A stretch of DNA of 64,000 bases, from NCBI GenBank assembly GCA_973851085.1, contig OZ316775.1, forward strand, positions 5,952,001 to 6,016,000. Direction: 5' to 3'. The notes beneath the pieces are model-generated. The model saw only the letters and a program-made list of their open reading frames with translations. It made no database searches and was not told where the DNA came from. Positions 42,136 through 57,671 of this stretch are shown piece by piece; position 1 is the first letter of the stretch; the number at the start of each line of letters is the position of its first letter. The DNA is from Ptychomitrium polyphyllum. Taxonomy: Eukaryota. The translations under genes and the position numbers were made by a program.

Positions 42136-45100
42136 TAATACTTTCCCATAATTAATATATTTTAAAGTTTAGCACTGAAAGAAGAAGTGGAATAATATTC
42201 TAATATGATACGACAAGTTAGATCAATTGTGACATGAATTCTTGAATTTAATCTTTTCTAATTCATAATTTTTACACGAGAAAGGCAACCTTTGCTGCAG
42301 GAAAAATAGACTGTGACACAAAGTTGAACATATAGGCTCAAGGTATACCTCATAGGGACCCAAGCTAGAGAAGTGAGTCAATCCAGCTAATACATGAGTT
42401 CCTGTTGAGCAAAGTATTGAAAGAACAAGCAGCCTGGTTGACCCTGAGTCACCCTTGACTCAGCTGCCGATGTGTATTGCCCCGTTTCTAGGTACTTGAT
42501 CAACAATTTGCTTTCACAACAAATAAGGGCCGTGCCTTTGATGGGACCAGTGTTTGACAGACATCTAGTGGGGCTTAATCTTTAATTGTATCACTGGTTT
42601 GTGGACAAAGTAATTGAATTGCTCGTTTCTAAGGCAAGCCTATATTTCTTCTCACAGTCTAGCACAAGAGAACAGAGTAATATACTTGAAGTGTCAACTT
42701 CCACAACTGAAGCATAAGGTATCATATCCAAAGGCAGGGTCAGCACCTTGAGTGTTAAAATCTAATCCAAAAGCACAATAATGGTATCAACCAATGAGGT
42801 GTTGACATGCATCACTTTTCTGTCTATACTAACTATACTTTATGCACCTTATGAATATCTTTCTTCAAAAGAGAATTCCATCTCCGAAAGGTACAATTTC
42901 ATTGTTAAACTTTTATTTCACTTAAGATTGAAGGATTTGTATGTCAAACTATCATGTTAAACACATGCTTTTATGTGCTTGTAATTATTTATTATTAAAT
43001 GCAAGAAGTAGGCAATAGCAAACCTAATATGTCATACATTTGAAGATTACTTTTAAAAAAATGTTACATTCATCTAATCATTGCTAAAGTTAAACCATGG
43101 TCCATTTATGGTTTTTACAAGCTTTCTTCATTGTTCCAATTGCATGGCCCATAGTCTAACTTATTACTATTGGACATAAATGATGACAAAGTTAGGTATA
43201 ATATACAAATTCCGAAAAATATGGGCCAAATATGGGCAAAAATGTATACTTTTTGAATTACCACAATGCATTTATAAAAACATTTAAATATTTTATTTGA
43301 TTGTATCTCATAAAATTATGAAATCTTCATTCATAATCAATCCTAAAAATCAATAAAGAACAAATAAATCTAAATAACACATTTAGTATGTTATGCTTAA
43401 ATTTAAATTTAAACTATTTATGTCAAATGAATGGTGTTTTGGAAGAAAAGTTGGCAAATCAAATATTTTCTAAAATCCGTGTTGTTTTTGCAAATTGTCT
43501 TTTGAAATTTAGTTTTCTAAACTTATTGGTATCCATTTTAAAAATACGTTCTATTGAACATGATCCTTGCATAAACTAGATACATTTTCTCTTACAATCT
43601 ATTGTAATTTGAAATGCATTTTTAAAAATCTAAAAGAAATGAATTTCAATATATTTTTAATAAATATGAAGGATCTATTTTATTTTATTTTATTTATTCA
43701 GTTTTAGGAGTTTTTTTTTCAAATTAAAGAAAATTTAATTAAATTCCTTTTTGTATAATTTTTTTAATGAAAACTAGACTTTGTTTAAAAATTGTGTTTC
43801 ATGGATGAAATCTTTAACTTTATTATGTTGATTGGGCTAACATCTTTTTAGCACTTTTTTATCCTACTATTCATATAATTTGATTGGGCTTTAAAGTTTA
43901 TTAAGCTAATTAAATAATACATTTTAAATATCATTATTTTATTATTTCTTTTTATAAAATTAACTTAAACATTATTTTAGTTTGACCTTATCTATTTGTT
44001 CATTTTTTATCTATATTCATTTTAATAGATGGATGCTGAGCAATCAAAAGCTAAATTTAATTTTTAATATGCTAAACAATTAAAATGTAAATAGTTTAGT
44101 TGCTAGTTAATAATGTCCTTATTACAATGTGTACTCTAAAGTCCAAGCTTTTATCTATGTGAAATTTCAAAGAAAAAAATAAATTTTGATGGAATTTTTA
44201 CATTTGAAAACCTTTTTATTAAGGTATTATTTACAATTATTTTTCCATTTGAATTCTTAAAAAAACAATCAAAAAGTTAATAAGAATTACATAATAAAAT
44301 GTTGTAGAAAAACATGCTTCATTTTGTTTGCAAGATTGAAATACATCTAACCTTGCATCTATTTATATTTATATTATGAAAATTATACCATATGGAATCT
44401 TTTACAGGAGGCTATTAAAAGGTTCTAAAAGTTATGTAAAAATTTAATTAGAGGATCTTAGAAATCAATGAAAGATTCTTAAAGCATACAAATGTTTTTG
44501 GAAGAGGACCATTGAAGATTCTAGAAGATTATAAATGATATATATTTCTGACAAGCTAATTAATACAAGAATTGAAATAATCTTAAATGGATGAAAAAAC
44601 ATATGAGAGATGTTTTTGGATATGTTGATGACTTAAATTTTGAATGATGTAATTTTTATATACCAACATTAATTAATTATTAATACTTTTCCACATTTTT
44701 TTCAAAGAACTTATTATCTTACATAAAAAATCCCATAATCCAAAACGCATTACATTTCACAACCTATGCCAAGGTGGTCTTCCATTAAAATTTGTATTAT
44801 TCACCTAAATTAATATTCCTAAACCACTTGTCATATATGGTCAAGAGGTACTAAATTTGATTTCTAAGATAATTCTTGAAGGAAAGACCATTCTAGAAGC
44901 ACTAGTTCAAAGATATTATCTAATTTCCAACCTCATTATTCTAAACACAATATTCAAAGTTGCTTATAAATTCAGGTTTTCATCTTCCAAACATCCACAA
45001 ATATTCATGATTATTTGTCGAGTGCAAACTCTCAGGTTTTAAAATCTACAAACATTTATACAATGGAGGCTGCCAAGAAAGCCAAGAAATCAACAGGGAC

Positions 45101-47601
45101 AATTTAAAAAGTACATCCTATTAGCGTAGCCCTTGAAATTTGTGTTGTTAATTAATGCATCCATCAACACCTCTCAGGATGCCACAATGCTGAAGAAGGT
45201 ACAAAAGTACAGAAAGTTATTTAGTAATTTTGGTGAAGATCCTTTATTAAGCATAATGGCTGGGTTGCCCATTGACATGGTGGCTTGGTTGTTCGGTGTC
45301 GCTCTTACTTCAAATAGAAACTTTTTGAATCATATCTTTAACCTGTTTCCCTTAATTCCTTCTTCGCTCAACGATTTGCCATTTCAGCTAACATGTACCT
45401 AGCTCAGGGTTCTATCTGTCAATTGAATATTTAATACCGATCCATAAAACGAGAAGTGCATGTCAGAAGGATGATCCTGATTGGACTGGTGCGTCCTGAA
45501 CAGAACTCCTGTCGCAAAAAGCTATCATGCCGCATGCTGTTAGTTTCTGCTGAACGGTTGCCAGAGCTTGCAGTGCCTCAAGGCTGGCCCAGGGAACCTC
45601 AAAACCAGCACCCTGCATCTATACCGTCTCTAGAGTTGTATCGTGAATGTACCTGCGATCAACATTTAGATGCAGAGTTGGCTCTGGGTTTTCGGAAAAG
45701 CTGAGCTTTTATAACACCTTGGGATCCCATCCCCCGCCGCCATTCAGTTCATCCTGCCTTCTAGATTCGCCACACATTCTCTTCCTTCCTTTTCCTGGAC
45801 TCCTTTTACAAGGATCAGCATTCTGCCTCCTCATGCTGAACTCATGTCGGCGGTCCACCTTTGCACACAGAAGAACGTACGTCCACAGATTGTCTTCAAG
45901 TGCATGTCACTGTGAGTTCGATCTCTCAGTGAGGCCGAACCGAACTGATTTGACATGATCTGAAGTTGTGCTCACTGTTCTGCTTGTCTGGAATTTATGA
46001 ACTGGTGCAGGGAGGGAGGGATACAGGCCAAGTTTGCTTCTGGACGATGTTGGACGTCGCTGGGTGTGGTGTTGTGCAGGTGCTGCGTTAAGATGTGTAA
46101 GATATGTTAAGATGTGCGCCGCAGGTTGGTGCAGTTTCGCAAGATGAGTGTTTTCACTCCGTTTCTGTGAGTCTGCATGAAGGTTGTTGGTAGTTGTGGG
46201 GGAAAGTGTTGCCTTGTTTTTCTGTTGTTCTGGTCATTTTCTGTGTGATTAGGCTTCTCCACGTAGTTTTCTTGAATTCCAGGGGGTTGTTAAGAACTGT
46301 ATGGTTCTACGTGTGTTTGCGAAAGTCCATTCGTGCGGTGTGTCTTCAGCTCGCACGGGTGGGAAGATTGGGAAGCTTGGCCGTGTTGTTTAGTTAGCAT
46401 GCAGATAACTTTCGCCGTCAAATATAGTACGTGTAAGTTGAGGGTGTGATATGCGAATTTGGAGGCGGTGCATTCGTGAACTAGCTTCTTGTTGAGAGCT
46501 CTAAACATCACTTACTACGGATAGTTCTAGAGCTTCTACCAGGATTACAGTCAGGTAGTGTATGTTTTTAAGGAAGGATACTACTACTCTGGAGCATTCG
46601 GTGAAAGATCTCTAAAACCTCCCCACTATCTTCAATTTCTACACTGAACAATGCAGATAAGGTGGTCTAGAGAAACAGAGTAGCTAGGTGGGTTAGAGGG
46701 TGAGATAGAGAAAATTGGCAGTTTGCTGCTTAACCTTCCTTTCAAGGCAGGAGAAAGGCACAGCAGCGGAGATAGCGAGTGCAACGTTGACGCAGAAGAG
46801 GGTGGTTTCGTGTGGCTATGGCTTTGACACCAGGTAGTGGCCGTGACTTGTTAATAGCATTTAACCTAGAGGCGTTGTATATAATGACTCGAGAATTGCA
46901 CTGCAATCCGGATTCTACGCTTAAGGAGTAGAAAGTCTTCAAGGCATGCTTAGTTTAGGAGTAGCAGCCCCTACTCATATCTGAAATCAAGATGTGTTGT
47001 GTTCTCTTCCTGAATCGTTAAGACTTCCTGCAGGATGCTGGAGCTAAGAGGCTGTCCACCAGCTTCAATACTTTGAGTCGTCGGTTGCTCATGTCGGCGG
47101 CTTGTGTCAGATGCAGAAATTCAAAGAGAACACGATAACTTCCGGTGTAAAAGTTTGGGAAGAAGAGGAAATTGGAGCAAAGTACTGTAAAAGCAGGGTT
47201 TAGCTCTTCACCAACGTGCCTGCTTCTTGCTTAACCAGCCGAAATCACCCAGAAACGGGAACCTGTGTTCACGGGATTTGGGGTTTTAGTCCAATTGAAG
47301 ACCTTGCTTTACTTCAAGATTAAAGATATGGGACTTTTTCAGTACCGAGTCCTGCATATCGTCGAAATTGTTTTACACATTTTCAATTATATTTATAGGG
47401 TGCTCGATTTCAGTGGCATATTAAACTTGTATTGCTGCCAGTAACCTTTTTGTTGCTGCGTGAAGCCTCGCTGAGCGTAGTGGTTCTCGCTTGCTCGACC
47501 AAACGAGATCAACCTCGGGGCCTGTTCAAGAATATCTTCAGTCCAGAGGGTGCTTGATTGAAGTACCATAGAAAGCAGAGATTAATCTCTACACGGTAGA
47601 C

Positions 47602-50330
47602 ATGGGCCTCCAACTTCACGACCCGGATTTAGAGACGATGAGTGGTGGCTTAGATGAATGCACTTCGTCGAGCATCATTGGTTCACCTCTCTGGCCACAA
47701 AGTTTTGGTCGAACCATGGATATTTACTCCAGATCAACGTCCCAAAGAAGCGAGGTTGATTCAGGACTGGAGGATGATGCATTTGAATCTACTCAAAGCC
47801 CCACGGCCGCAATAATGGAAAAGGAGATCAGAGAGACGCTGCTGGGGAAATCGAGATGCAATCAATCCGAATACACCAAGAGCGGTGTACAAGGCACAGA
47901 AGATACTGTACATTTGGCAAGTGAGAACAGTGAACAGGGAAGCTCCTTCTTTCAGGCTCTGTTCAATGGCATGAACGTTCTAGCAGGTGCAGGAACCTCT
48001 GCAACCCTGTTACCGTTTCAGTTTCTTGCAGTGTTGACATTCCACTTCTTTTCTGGAGGATGCATTTTAAGCCTGGTTTAAATCTATTGGGAGTCGTAAC
48101 ATTCTTTAGCTGTTGAAGCAACTCACTCTCACCTTGAAGAGTAGGAAATTAACAATAAAATAATAGTGAGCACATGTGACAATGAATGTATGAAGGTATA
48201 AGTCTAATTTGGTGACTGTTTTCATAAACTCCCCTCGATTTTCAGTGGAATATGGTTTTGACAAAGGAATAATATTCTTGAGAGTGATGGAATTATCCTT
48301 TTGCAAGAGGGTATTTATAGGGGTCATTCACGGATGTTAGAATGCATTCTTTGCAGTCTATCAGTTTTTACTCCAAGGTTAGAAAGTGTATGGTGCCATA
48401 TGGTATCAAAATGGGGAACTATAGCCCAAAAAGGTCATGGACAAACTAAACATTTGATATGCAGAAGTTGTGCAATTCTGTGATTGTTATTAGTGCGTCT
48501 CTCTGTCATCCAGCTAGCTCCTTTTAGCACTATTGTATGGAACAAATTATTAGCTAATATTTTTTATAACGCAAGAATATTATACATGAAGGCTTTTAAG
48601 TTACATCATGTAATTAAGACTCGGGAGCATCTTCGAGTAAGCATTGTCCGGTCCATTTCCGTCATTCGTGCCAAATGTGAAGATTGAGAAGGCGTTGCAG
48701 TTGTGCCATAGTTGTTGCTCTAGAATTTAGTTTGGCGCGCCATTGCTTATTGTTTGCTATTGACCTAAAAGATTGGTTTCATGGTGTTTATACACTTACA
48801 GCTGACCTTGTGGATTTGATGGAAATTGCTTGGACTATGTTTGCTTCACAGGCGTTGGAATTTTATCAACTCCTTACGCCGCAGCGAAGGGGGGATGGCT
48901 GGGCCTCACGCTCCTTCTTGCCTTCGCTTTGATATGTTGCTATACAGCCCTCCTCCTCCGTCGCTGTTTGGATTCTGACCCATACATCTGCAGTTATCCG
49001 GACGTTGGTGAAGCATCGTTTGGAAAATGGGGCCGGTGGACCATATCCATAATGCTTTATCTAGAACTATATGCAGTGGCTATAGAGTTTCTGATCCTGG
49101 AGGGTGACAATCTGGCTCAGCTCTTCCCATCCGCAGGCATGACGATTGGAAGCTTCGTCCTTGATCCCCACGAAGTCTTTGTGATCTTATCAGCCGTTTG
49201 TATGTTACCAACCGTATGGCTTCGGGAGCTCAGTGTCCTGTCTTATGTTTCCGCTACTGGGGTCGTCGCCTCATTTTTAATAGTGATAACAGTTGGCTGG
49301 ATTGGGCTGTTTGAAGGGGTTGGGTTCCATCACCAAGGATCCCTTATACACTTGGATGGACTGCCGGTGGCAGTGGGCCTCTATTCCTTCTGCTACTGTG
49401 GGCATGCTGTCTTCCCAAGCATATATGGCTCCATGCGCAACCGCACGCAGTTTCCACATGTAAGGCTCCAAAACTATTCAGATTTCTAAGCCCCCTCCCC
49501 ATTTGTATTTCCAACTTTGCGAAAACATTTATCTTGAACTTGAGTTCAATTTGTATTCATCAAAACTGCTCCATGATTACGCATATCATTATTAAGCCTT
49601 GTGAGTAGTGACCCCTAGCCAAAGTGTACAGCCTATGTGCCCCATGTACAATTGTGATCCTCTAGGCAGATTTTGAAGGCATGTGGCTATTTTCTAGGAA
49701 ACACTAATCATATTTTCTTGGCCATCATGTAAGTTTTGTTTAATAATTTTTTTTTGTTGAATACAGGTCCTGGTAATTTGCTTTATCTTGTGTACAATCA
49801 TGTATGGAGGCATTGCCGTGACGGGCTATTCGATGTTTGGAGACGATTTACAGTCACAGATCACACTGAACCTACCCCAGGGAGTCCCGGCTTCCCATTT
49901 TGCAATCTGGGTGACGCTCGTTAACCCGTTTGCCAAATATGCCATCACACTTACCCCAGTGGCAGTGGCACTGGAGGAGTTTCTGCCCCATTCCATGGCC
50001 GGTTCCAGCAAAGACATGAGGTTTTGGGGCACCATACTGAGGACTCTCATCGTCACCAGCACAGTTATAGTTGCACTCGCAGTGCCTTTCTTTGGTCTTC
50101 TAATGGCCTTTATTGGATCATTTCTTAGCGCAACAGTGTCTATTATCCTGCCTTGCCTGTGTTACATGAAGCTTTATCAACAACAGCTGACATACGGAGA
50201 GGCTTCTTTCGTTGGAACCTTGTTGTGTCTTGGTATTTTTGTTGGAATAGGGGGAACTTACTACTCCGTGAAGGCCATTATCGATAGTTTTATAGGCCTT
50301 GAGAGAGTAGGTTTTTTCCGGGGATATTGA
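47602..50330 (+). CDS. Amino-acid transporter, AVT1-like (Aa_trans/AAAP family), 3 coding exons
   Basis: Exons 47602-47986 (WPQSF...SSFFQALFNGMNVLA), 48852-49459 (GVGILSTPYA, SYPDVGEASFG, YSFCYCGHAVFPSIY), 49767-50330 (SQITLNLP, NPFAKYA, VPFFGLLMAFIGS). Probable non-coding first exon ~45720-45911. Confidence 0.93.
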
Positions 50331-51449
50331 TTAGCTGTAACTTTGTATCAAAATCACGCTGCTAGGATATTACAACTCTTCCTGCATTTCGTGTTGCAAG
50401 TGACAAGGAAGCTGCCATGATTTGGTTCCCTTTTATCCCTGGCTGTTATACAAGCTTTCGAAAAGCTTGATACCATATTCCGTAGATAGACATCATCATT
50501 TGAATGAAGAATGGTGTGACTATGGTAGTTTGTGTAACTGAAGTTCTAGTTCTTGAAGGTAATTTCTTCCTTTTGAAACTCACGAACAGGCAAGAACAGG
50601 TAATTTTGTCAAATTTTTATTTTATTTTATTTTATTTTTGAAAAAATAAATAAATTCATTGCTTACAGAGAAACCCAGTAATTCATCCACTTAATTTTGT
50701 CATAACCAATAAAAGCCTACCAAATCAACTCAATGACATGTTGACATCTTGATTATTCAAAGTTTTGGTAATCCTTTTTAATCAACCTATTACATGGTAA
50801 TGCTCTAAGAAGCAACCAAATCATGCCAATCATCTTAATTTATATCAAAATATTGTGAACAAAGGTTGATGGCTTCAAGGTCAACTTGTAAATAATGGTA
50901 GTGACCTACTTTCAAATGTGTCTAAAGTTGGGAATAACTCCAAAATTTATATAATAGTATTCTAGAATGCAAAAATTGTAATTACCATCAATAGTACTCT
51001 AACCTAAGTCTTCCACCAAAGGAGCACCACCAAAGGGATACAAAAGGAGCATTTACTTTGCTAGCTAACATACATCCAACCAAATGAAGGAGAAAGTGTC
51101 TTGTAAGAACCCCACCATTTGGTATGAGCCAAGTTGTTGCCAAGATATCTCCTTCTAATCAATGTCCTTTATTTTCTATATAAGCTATGAATTCAATCTT
51201 GTTAGCCCACACATAAACCAATGAATTAAAACTTAACTTCAAAATTGGACCATAGAAGAACTAACATGTTTTTATTCCATCTTTCTTGCAATTGTTAACC
51301 TTAGTATGCATAGCTACACTAACCTTCTTGATCCACTTCTTAAATGGATTGCAACATTCCTTAACATTGACTCAACCACCCTCAAGTTTGGATTTAAAAA
51401 CATGATTAATCAATAATTGAGGTTGAGGGTGTGGGTTCATAAGCCAACA

Positions 51450-53800
51450 GTAAACATTGGTAGGGGGAATGGCTGCAATGGAACAGCCAATAGCTGACCT
51501 TTTGATTGCATAACTGCATTGTCTGGGTTCAAACTTTTCACACTAAAATTGCAATGCAAATCAAGGTTTCACATGGAATATTGACATGGACTAAAACTCA
51601 GGACACTTCCAATTTCTGTGCAAGTACTGGGGCATAACTGTCATGGAATGGAAACACAAGAAATTTCAGTGTATAGTGGCCAGCTAAGACTTTTGCTGAT
51701 AATCCAAATGAGACAGCCAGACTGTCTTACTATGTACTGAAAATGGAGATTTCTCTGTGTATTGGAGGTGAGCTCTTATTCAGAATTCACATGGGTAGAA
51801 AAGGTTTTGGTCACTGTAACCATGGCTTTAGGCTTTTCTATGGCCATAGAAACTGACAAGTACCTTGTATTTCTTGGAGTTCAGTACCAGGTTTTATCAC
51901 CTCCTGTTTTTGCTTTGCCCCTGACTTTGATTGCATTCAATTTTCTCTGTTTTCCCTTCCATAGATGAAATTCCTACTTTCTCAACAATCACCTTCTGGC
52001 AAATGCCAGCCAGGGTTGCAGTGTTCATATTTCAAATACTTCCACTATAATAATCACAGCTTTCAAGAAAACTGCACTTTGTTGCAATGCCATATGCAGA
52101 AATTGTTTTAAGCATGTCACAACATCACAAACCCATGAATGCAACTTGCACAATGTGACCAGTACATCCCCTTTGTGGTAGGCTATTGTACTCAGCACTG
52201 ACATGCACAATACTCAGCATCACAATGTAAAAGTGTTCCAGGCTGCAGCAGAACTAGAAATTGAAGGAAATGGAGAGCAGAAATTTGAAGACCTTTGAGT
52301 TGTAGTGATGATTTTGTTGACTGTGTTGTATGGAAGCACAATAACTTCAAATTTCAGCAGGCTTTTTGTTCAGATAAAAATGCCTTTGTCATTCATTTGC
52401 AGGAAAGGACATCATCAGTGATGTACTATGAGGCTTTGTGTTTTTACCTTCAATTAGCTTTGGTTACTGAGAGTGGGTTGTATGGATTATATGAGACTCC
52501 AAGTGTTTCTTCATTAATTAGTTTCAGACAACTTTTTGTTTGACCAACAGCCTTAGCTACATGGATTGGTGTAACATTCTTTTGCATGGAAGTAAAGCTT
52601 CAATTGGTCAAAATAATACTGTCATACCCTCTTCTACTATTATTTGCAGGAAGCTTTGAAAAACATTAAAGTAATTGCCCACAGGTAATATTGGAAAGCA
52701 TATTAAGGATTGTTAAACATAATTTAGAATAAATATGGTGGTGAAATAAACATTATGATCCTGTAACCTCGTTGGAGGGCTAGAGAGAACAGTAATCATC
52801 AATTTTTGAGTCCACCAATTAGAAGCCAGACCCCTTCATTATTGGGATGTCAAGTTTGACAACCACCATTGTACTGTGTTCTTCACACAACAAAGTATAC
52901 AATAATACTCATTTATATCTTTAGAAAAAATCCTTAAAATTAAAAACATCATATACAAAGGTTCTCATCATGCTTGGTTAGAACATTAGAACTCAGAGGT
53001 TAGAAACTCCTACATAGTGCCAAGGCAAAACATGCCAGATTTACTTGAGTTGTGATGAATGTTTTTGGACCTCAATGGCCTGGGTCACAAGAGGTCTGTG
53101 AAGTGAGTGATTGACATTTTGAGGAGCAAGTCTCCAGTACATGCCAGTGAGCACAATGTGTGTGACTCCTACAGCAAGAATCATGTTGAGCAATTTCAGT
53201 CATAGCTGGCAAATCATAGAGTCCAATCCTCATGTCATCCAATACAATAAATGAAACATTTCAGTGCCTTGTTGAACAATTCGGTATTCAACTATTGTAA
53301 GTGAATATTCGCATAGGTGTTTGACTGAAAATCTGTTATTGTTAAAAGAGCAGAAAGGTTGCCACAGTCTTGGAGCTTGGTCTCATAATCTGGACTTTGC
53401 CTTTGTGATCAGTTGGAAGCTTGAGTCCTGGGCACAAATTCTAATGACAATGCTGTTTGGTGGGATCCTATGGTTGTATTCATCAAAGACTTGCTAGGAA
53501 AGGACATTTGAGTTTTTCAATGGGCCCTCAGCTCAAGCCTCCATAATAGCTAGGACGAAAGATGCAACAGGCCCTCTATTGTGGCAGCCCTGTTTGTTGT
53601 ACCTGTGGACTCTAGGAGCCTCGTCAATTCCTTTGGGTTGCTTCCCCAAACCACTGTATACTTTTGCCCAATGTAAAATTGCCTGGCAATGCATGTGCCG
53701 TGTGGATTTGACAAATAATAACACTCAAATGTATAACTCTGTTCATCTGATGTGTGTGGAACATTTGTTACAAACATATATGTCATCAATTAAGAGGTAT
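51450..53800. other. CpG-depleted, TG/CA-rich decayed sequence (likely methylated TE or pseudogene relic)
   Basis: Moderate GC content but almost no CpG, and only short stop-ridden ORFs. No family could be assigned. Confidence 0.3.
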
Positions 53801-55548
53801 TGTCATTGATAAGGTAGATGCATGCATACAAGCTCATTTAAGAAAAGAATTCCTTTTAAAACTACAACCCTGTGGATGGAGATGAAGAAAAAGCTCACAA
53901 TTTATCCAAAGTTTAAAAAAACTATAATTTTTATTTCTTAAAATCACTTTAAAATGTGAAAAGAATCTTAATGCTCTAAATTCAATTACAATTTGTTAGT
54001 TGAATTTTTTTATTAAAACAAGATAGTTTATGACATGTAAAGGTTTTAATACAAAGTATACATTATATTTGTAGAGGGTTTAAAAAGATTTCAAAAATTT
54101 CCAACAATAACAACTAATAAAATTATTTTTTCACAACACCTTGAACATATTCAAAGAAATCAACATAAAAAGGATTAGCACGTCAACCATGCATTGTTAT
54201 GAATAGGAATTGGTTTGTTTTCAATAATTTTACGTCAATTCTATTACTAATTAGGTTTTTTTAATTTAATGTATATTTATTATACATCAGTTTAAAGAAT
54301 ACATTTAGGGTTTATTTTTGGACTTTCTTAGTGTCTATGACAAATCAAATATAGGCAAAATATCCACTTACTTATTCAAAATACTTGTAACAATTTGTAT
54401 TGCTTGTCATAAAAATAGGTTGTATGTTGTAATCTAAAGATAAGATAGAGGCTTTTACATATATGAAAGATCAATAATACAAAAATTATGTTGATCATGT
54501 ACATTTCTTTAATAAGAATGTAATATGGTAGTACATGCTTGGACTATATTATTCCAAAAGTTAATTTGTATATTTCTATGTTATATTTGTCTTCTAAAAT
54601 GTGCACAAGCATTACATTTTTTATATTATTGGTTCTTCATGGTTTCACAAGCATAAATTCATATAAATAGATCTTGCTTCACTAATAAATGATCATTTGC
54701 AAATAACCAATGAAGATTTTCCAATTTCTAGCTCATGTTTATTATTGAAAAGAATACATTTTGCTCAATTCTTGTATCATTGCCTTGCAAGCCATATTTT
54801 TTAGTTGTGTTTATTATTAGAAGTAATAATTATTATAAAGCTTTGTAAGTTTTGAACATATTAGTGGTTTGAATGCAAAGACAATTATGAAATTCATGTG
54901 TATAAATTATATATATATATAACACTTTGCAATACTTAACTAAAATATTTTAATTTATACAAGGTTTTAACTCTTTTTATTATTCTTTTGTCAATCTATC
55001 ATTTATAAAAAATCTAATAAAAGATTGATTAAATGTGCAATAGCATGTCAAATTTACCATTTAATATTTTGGCTATTCATAAGACTTGATGTGGATTTAA
55101 TCATAAGATAATATCAAAAACATAAACAAGTTTTAAGTTCCAAACATTAAGAATGATGTTTTAGTATTTGTAATATACTAAGTGAGTTATTATTATATAT
55201 ATATATATATGGATTTTTTCATTAATTTATGATTCAATTGATAAAAAAATAAAATATTATACATTGGATGTTTTTTTAAGATATTAAAGAATGTCCTTTT
55301 TAAAAACTATATTAAGTTGAAACAATTCATACAATTTACTCTTGCTTCTATACTATGTTGTAACATAATCTCATACTTCATCTAAACATCTCCTACTATC
55401 TTCTTCATGTTTTTTTCTTTGTATTTAATAGAAAAATTTATAAATTAATTGATTATCTTTTAATTTCAATATTTCATACTTCATATCTCTAATACTTGAT
55501 TTAATTGGAAATTCAAGAAAATTTTGTACTCCAATCTCTTTTTCAAAT

Positions 55549-55593
55549 AACTCAAGTCTTAGGCCAAATTACTCAAGTCTTAGGCCAAATTAC
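55549..55593. repeat. 21-bp direct tandem duplication
   Basis: ACTCAAGTCTTAGGCCAAATT occurs twice head-to-tail. Confidence 0.85.
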
Positions 55594-57671
55594 CCATAAC
55601 TTATTAGAAAGCTTATAATTTAAAGATATGGTATCAAATGCAAATCATTGATGTTGCTTTTGATAAGTGAGTCTGTACATTGAAGGATGTTAAATATAAA
55701 TTGCTTTGCTGCAAAGATTTATTATATTATATTTAGGTCTCCGTAAAATATGGATAATACACCACCTGAATGTGCATATTATATAATCAAACCAAAGTCA
55801 ATTCATAGCTTTTCTAAAAATACTAAACAATTTAGGAATATATCATACAAACTTAACGTACGATTCAAAGATATAACATATACTTCTCACTTCTAAAGTT
55901 AAAGATAGACTAATGATGAAAGTACACCTTGAAGTTTAAAACTTTCAGTACGGAATTCTATGATTTTCAATAGAACATTATTGAAGAATAATATTTAAGA
56001 TTAAAAACCCTTTCAATAACTCAATCAAAAGTCTATATTCTGCATTAAAGGAAACTATTGGTCTTTCATCTTCAAAGCTCTGATTCCTAGAATTGAGGCT
56101 AAACTAGCAAATCATAATGATCTATAATTAAACTACGATATTCAGAAAAAACCTTCACTTCTTACTATGAAGGCCTTCCGGACCGTTTCCAACTTATCCA
56201 CCAACGAAACTTAATTCTTGAAAGGCAGCAGTCAAACTGGCCTCGACTACTTCTGACTAGCAAACCTCACAACAAAGTGTAAAATTGGTCAACAACAAAG
56301 TGGAATACCTTATCCACTGCTGAGCAAAAGCACATCCAGCAGATACAGCAAATCGTCCAATAAAGTCTAGTAATTTCCAAACGACAAGTACATCATAACA
56401 CAACACTAATATAACATAAGATACACATACTACACACAGAATAAAATAAGCTCTCATCCAATCTCGAAATTCTTGACCAACCACGTACCCAATCCAACTC
56501 AAAACACGAGAAAAAAAATCTGCGAAAACGACTGCCATTGAGTGAAGCGCCAAAAGAACGTGACTAGGCAATTAACTACAACCTCCCAAACAGGTTTTGA
56601 TTCTAAACACGACTGCATCTCCGGCAAGCACGACAACTGGGCGAACGCTCCATCCAACATCCACGACCGACATGCTGCAGCCCTCACGAGACGGCGCTCC
56701 CGTTTCAAGCCACTGCACCGCTGCCACGCCTTCCCAGACGGACTGCCTTGCACACGCACGCACGCACCCACATTCAAAGACCCACTCCCTGCCAGATTCT
56801 ACTCCGGCGCACGGCCACCGATACATTCACCATGCGGCAACACCATCGACACACGGCTCCCCATGGCAGGTGAAAAAAAAATTTAATTGGCCCCCCCGGG
56901 GAGCAGCCTCAACTACTACAACACTACCAGAGCCCTATTACGGCCCTCTTTATCACGTGACCCTGCTCCTGCATTCTAACTATGTCCGCATTAGCCGTCC
57001 GACAATCAATCCCTTCATCGGCATTGTACACCGCCCCCTCTCCCACCTTCTCGCCGGCCCCCCGCCCCCCACTTCCTCCACAGGATCCCGGCCCGAATGC
57101 TACACAGGGCTCAACCACCGTTTCGCGTCCTCGCCGCAGCTCCAATTTCCACGCTGCCGCCGGCTTCTCCACGCACCGGGTGGACGTCCAGGCGCTTCCG
57201 CATCCCTCGACATCACCCCGAGAGCTTCCCTGCAGCTTCCCTCGCTCCCGTCCGCCACGCGCCCTGCCCGCCATCGGAGCGGACAGCCCTACCTTCACGT
57301 TCCCTATACCTTTCTTGTGCTTTCCTGAATGAAGAATATCTCCAGCGCTTATCCTCCTCGCCGCCTTTCGCGACTATGGACTCTCGTCCCTATGGACTGT
57401 TGTACAGGCCTCTGCGGCGTCCCTCCCCTCGCCCCCGTCGGCCGGGCTCCGCCGTCGCCCAACGAACCGTCTACGGACGCGACGGCTCGCCCGGTGGACG
57501 CCCTCCGCTCACCGCCACCAGGCTGGAGGCACCCCGGAGGACGATCGTCGCCCCTCCGCTCCGCCTCTTCGGATTGCGCCGACTCCCACCCGGATCTCAC
57601 AGCCGCAGACTTTTACACTCCTTATCATAGCATACTTATACAGGCAGACCAGCTACGGCGCTCCTCGTCTC

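Noticed and set aside
44390..44960. TTCTAGAAG-rich LTR-like remnants
   Set aside because: Too degraded, with no termini or TSD.
52100..52240. Possible PHD-like Cys pattern on the minus strand
   Set aside because: Interrupted by stops, and Cys codons are inflated by TG-rich decay. Not supportable.
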